Positions 61,111 through 64,000 of a DNA stretch of 64,000 nt are shown one piece after another (positions within the stretch are counted from its first letter, which is position 1; every line of letters begins with the position of its first letter). The translations under genes and the position numbers were made by a program. The notes beneath the pieces were generated by a model. The model ran no database searches. It saw only the letters and a program-made list of their open reading frames with translations, and was not told the DNA's origin. Origin of the DNA: Chiloscyllium plagiosum (Eukaryota). Location of the stretch: contig NC_057754.1 in the NCBI RefSeq assembly GCF_004010195.1, forward strand, positions 7,912,747 to 7,976,746, given 5' to 3'.

Positions 61111-62046
61111 ACTAGTCAGGAATATGGAGTCGAAGCCAGCGTCAGATCCACCATTGAATGGAGGAGCAGGATAGAGGGGCCAAATAGCCTGTTCCTAATC
61201 CATTTTGTCAGCATGCAGGAAGCTGGCGCAGTCAGACTGAAGAGCCCATTGCCGCACAGAACACAGGATCATTTACTGAGACAGCGACAACAAAAAAACA
61301 CGTTTTGTTTTGAAGTTTAGCAGGTGCAGACCTCTTTAATTCTTTCCCGGCACCTAGAAGAGCAAAAATAGCTTCATTCCTGGACAAACTCTCCGTGTGT
61401 GTGTGTTGCTGTTGTCAGGCAGTTGACTTGTTCAAGTGTCGTGTTGGTTGGCGACTTTATTTGAAATGGATAGATGACTATTTGAAGGTGGTAGGCTGTT
61501 TTTCAAATTATCGCCATCCTCTGCAGAGCTTGGCAAACGACCCTACCTAATCTTACCCACAATCGTTTTGCTTGAATATTGCCAAATGCTACAGAAGCAT
61601 TCCGTCTTGCCCTCATCAGGACGAATGCAAGAATGCCAGACTTGAAATGGAACAACTGTTTAGACCATGGGGGGAAATAGAATGGTGATCACGCATCCCT
61701 CGATTTTGAGAGTTTGGGGAGCCTGGGATTCTGTGTCACCTTCTCCACAGCAACTCCTTGGCCAATCAGAGCTGCCTCGCTGACCAATCCCGAGGGACAG
61801 ACTGGGGGATGATGGTCGACGGTGGGGGTTGGCCGAGGAACATTGAGGGCAGGGAGCGGCTTTTGGTTTCCGAGGTGGGGAGGAGGTGAGCCATCGTGGG
61901 TCGCGTCCTCCACTCGACGGTGCGCATTTATGTAGCGGCTCTCACCTCCTCAGGAGAGTACATCACAGCCAGCAAGGCACTGAGCCACTCGCGTGAGGAA
62001 AGACAGTCGTCGCAATGAGCTGTTGTGCAATGACTGCGTTTGATGA

Positions 62047-62242
62047 TTTGGAGATGCTGGTGTTGGACTGGGGTGTACAAAGTTAAAAATCACACAACAC
62101 GGGTTTAATTGGAAGCACTAGCTTTCGGAGCGACGCTCCTTCATCAGGTGGTTGTCTGATGATGAAGGAGCGGCGCTCCAAAAGCTAGTGCTTCCAATTA
62201 AACCTGTTGGACTATAATCTGGTGTTGTGTGATTTTTAACTT
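62047..62242. mobile_element. Fold-back PLE element, family B, with two opposed HHR motifs and 12-bp near-perfect TSD
   Basis: Reverse complement of 62116-62150 is cacCTGATGAaGGAGCgtcGCTCCGAAAGCTAgtg (intact). The plus copy ~62160-62190 is mutated. TSD tgcgtttgatga 62035-62046 / tgcatttgatga 62243-62254. Confidence 0.88.
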
Positions 62243-62295
62243 TGCATTTGATGAGGAAGGCTTAAGTATCAGCAGGGCCAAGCACATACAAGGCG

Positions 62296-62415
62296 AAAGT
62301 GGGTACTGCAGATGCTGGAGATTAGAGTCAAGATTAGAGTGGTGCTGGAAAAGCATAGCAGGTCAGGCAGCATCCGAGGAGCAGGAGAATCAATGTTTCG
62401 GGCAAAAGCCCTTCA
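62296..62415 (-). mobile_element. Short PLE element, family A, truncated in the HHR
   Basis: ...gagcaggagaatcaatgtttcgggcaaaagcccttca. Confidence 0.82.
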
Positions 62416-63461
62416 AGGCTAGGCCCCTGTTCCCATGGATACGGAAGTGATACTCTGATGGGTACGCAAGACTTCATTGAAGGGCAGAATGCTGAATGTT
62501 TGCAAGAGATGTCATTCTTGGCAGCTGAAGGTTTCGAAGGGTTTGGGGGAGTAAGCGGGAAACCACTTACTGAGCCGGACGATCATCCGCGTTTGCAATG
62601 AATGGCCTGCTCCTGCTCCTGTTTTCTCGTATGACAAACTCCGCGTATTGCTTCCCCCCCCCCCCCCCCCCCCCCCCCCCTCCCAATCCCCTACAATATG
62701 CACACATCACAAATGATGAGCTTGTCTCGCCCCAGTGCGGAAACTCACCACAGCACTTAGTGTCCAATTTGCTTTCTCTTTCTCTCTTTTCGAGCCTAAC
62801 CGCGGGAATCGGTGTCCTTGTGTTCTCTGACCCTGCTATTTCAGCTTTCCGGAGTAAAATGGGATTCATATAATCGAGGTCGTCCTTTTATAGGGCTGAA
62901 TTGAATGCTTTTACTGTGCAGTCGAGTATTCTGCCTTGATGGAATGCACCATAGATGAAAACATTTCCATTGATTTTGAATAGAGCAAATCAGCTTTGGT
63001 AAATCTAAATGCAAGGTGATGCAGTTTTGGAGGCTTTCTGCAGACTCCGTTACTGCATAGATTTTTGTAATTTAATGATTTTCCACTTGCTTCAGTTTTC
63101 TTTTCTTTGATATTTCAGTCCTTCAGGTATAGCTCTCACTTCAGGTCTTGAAATACTTGGACTCAAAGGGACTGGCATCCTCTTCATTCTTAAATATTTG
63201 TCAATGCCGTGCTATACATTTACCATGAGGTGTACAGCCGTGGTATGAGGGCAAAAAAAATCCATTCCCACTCTCCTCTAGGGCTTAGGACAGGAGAAGG
63301 AAGCAGAAAGCCTCTCAAAACCTATCCAAACCCCAACGTACGGCCTTTACCACCACCTCACCCACAGAAAGATACGGGCATAGTGTCATTGAGATTTATC
63401 CTTGAGTCTGTGCTGGTCAAAAACAATCACCTCACTATTCTAATCCCATTTTCCAGCACTT

Positions 63462-64000
63462 TCACAGTGGCACAGTAGTTAGGGACCCGGGTTTGATTCC
63501 AGCCTAGGGCAGCTGTCTGTGTGGAGTTTGCATGTTCTCCTGATGTCTGCATGGGTTTCCTCCCACAGTCCAAGATGTGCAGGTTAGGGTGGATTGGCCG
63601 TGCTAAATTGTCCCACAGTGTCCAGGGATGTGCAGGTTAGGGTGGATTGGCCGTGCTAAATTGTCCCATAGTGTCCAGGGATGTGCAGGTTAGGGTGGAT
63701 TGGCCGTGCTAAATTGTCCCATAGTGCCCAGGGATGTGCAGGTTAGGGTGGATTGGCCGTGCTAAATTGTCCCATAGTGCCCAGGGATGTGCAGGTTAAG
63801 GTGGATGGGCCATGCTAAATTGTCCCATAGTGTCCAGGGATGTGCAGGATAGGGTGGATTGGCCATGCTAAATTGTCCCATAGTGCCCAGGGATGTGCAG
63901 ATTAGGGTGGATTGGCCGTGCTAAATTGTCCCATAGTGCCCAGGGATGTGCAGGTTAGGGTGGGTTGGCCGTGGGAAATGTGGGGTTACAGGGATAGGCT
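63462..64000 (+). mobile_element. SINE with about 7.5 copies of the 53-bp unit, running off the window
   Basis: Degenerate head ~63462-63560, array ~63573-63975. Confidence 0.9.

Noticed and set aside
63573..63975. Interstitial telomere suggested by recurring TTAGGG
   Set aside because: Only one hexamer per 53-bp SINE unit, with no (TTAGGG)n run.

Overview
Repeat-dense, gapped vertebrate sequence, most likely from a shark or other elasmobranch (inferred from the many HE1/V-SINE-like SINEs and HER1/CR1-like LINE fragments). The only host coding sequence I can support is one 119-bp exon of pyruvate carboxylase (PC, + strand, 16413-16531). I found no neighbouring PC exon, so the rest appears to be two very large introns (>16 kb and >47 kb). 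These introns hold SINEs (several with internally amplified 53-bp arrays), CR1-, L2- and Rex/Babar-like LINE fragments, a Gypsy remnant, a Tc/mariner-type MITE and several minisatellites. Most notable are about 20 Penelope-like element (PLE) pieces. Many are tiny (100-350 bp), flanked by target-site duplications (TSDs) and often folded back on themselves. They carry minimal hammerhead ribozyme (HHR) cores (CUGANGA-stem II-GAAA-palindromic stem III-UH) from at least two families, and several intact cores lie on the PC sense strand. Nearly all ORFs in the supplied track are repeat-derived or spurious. Repeat boundaries were read by eye and are approximate.
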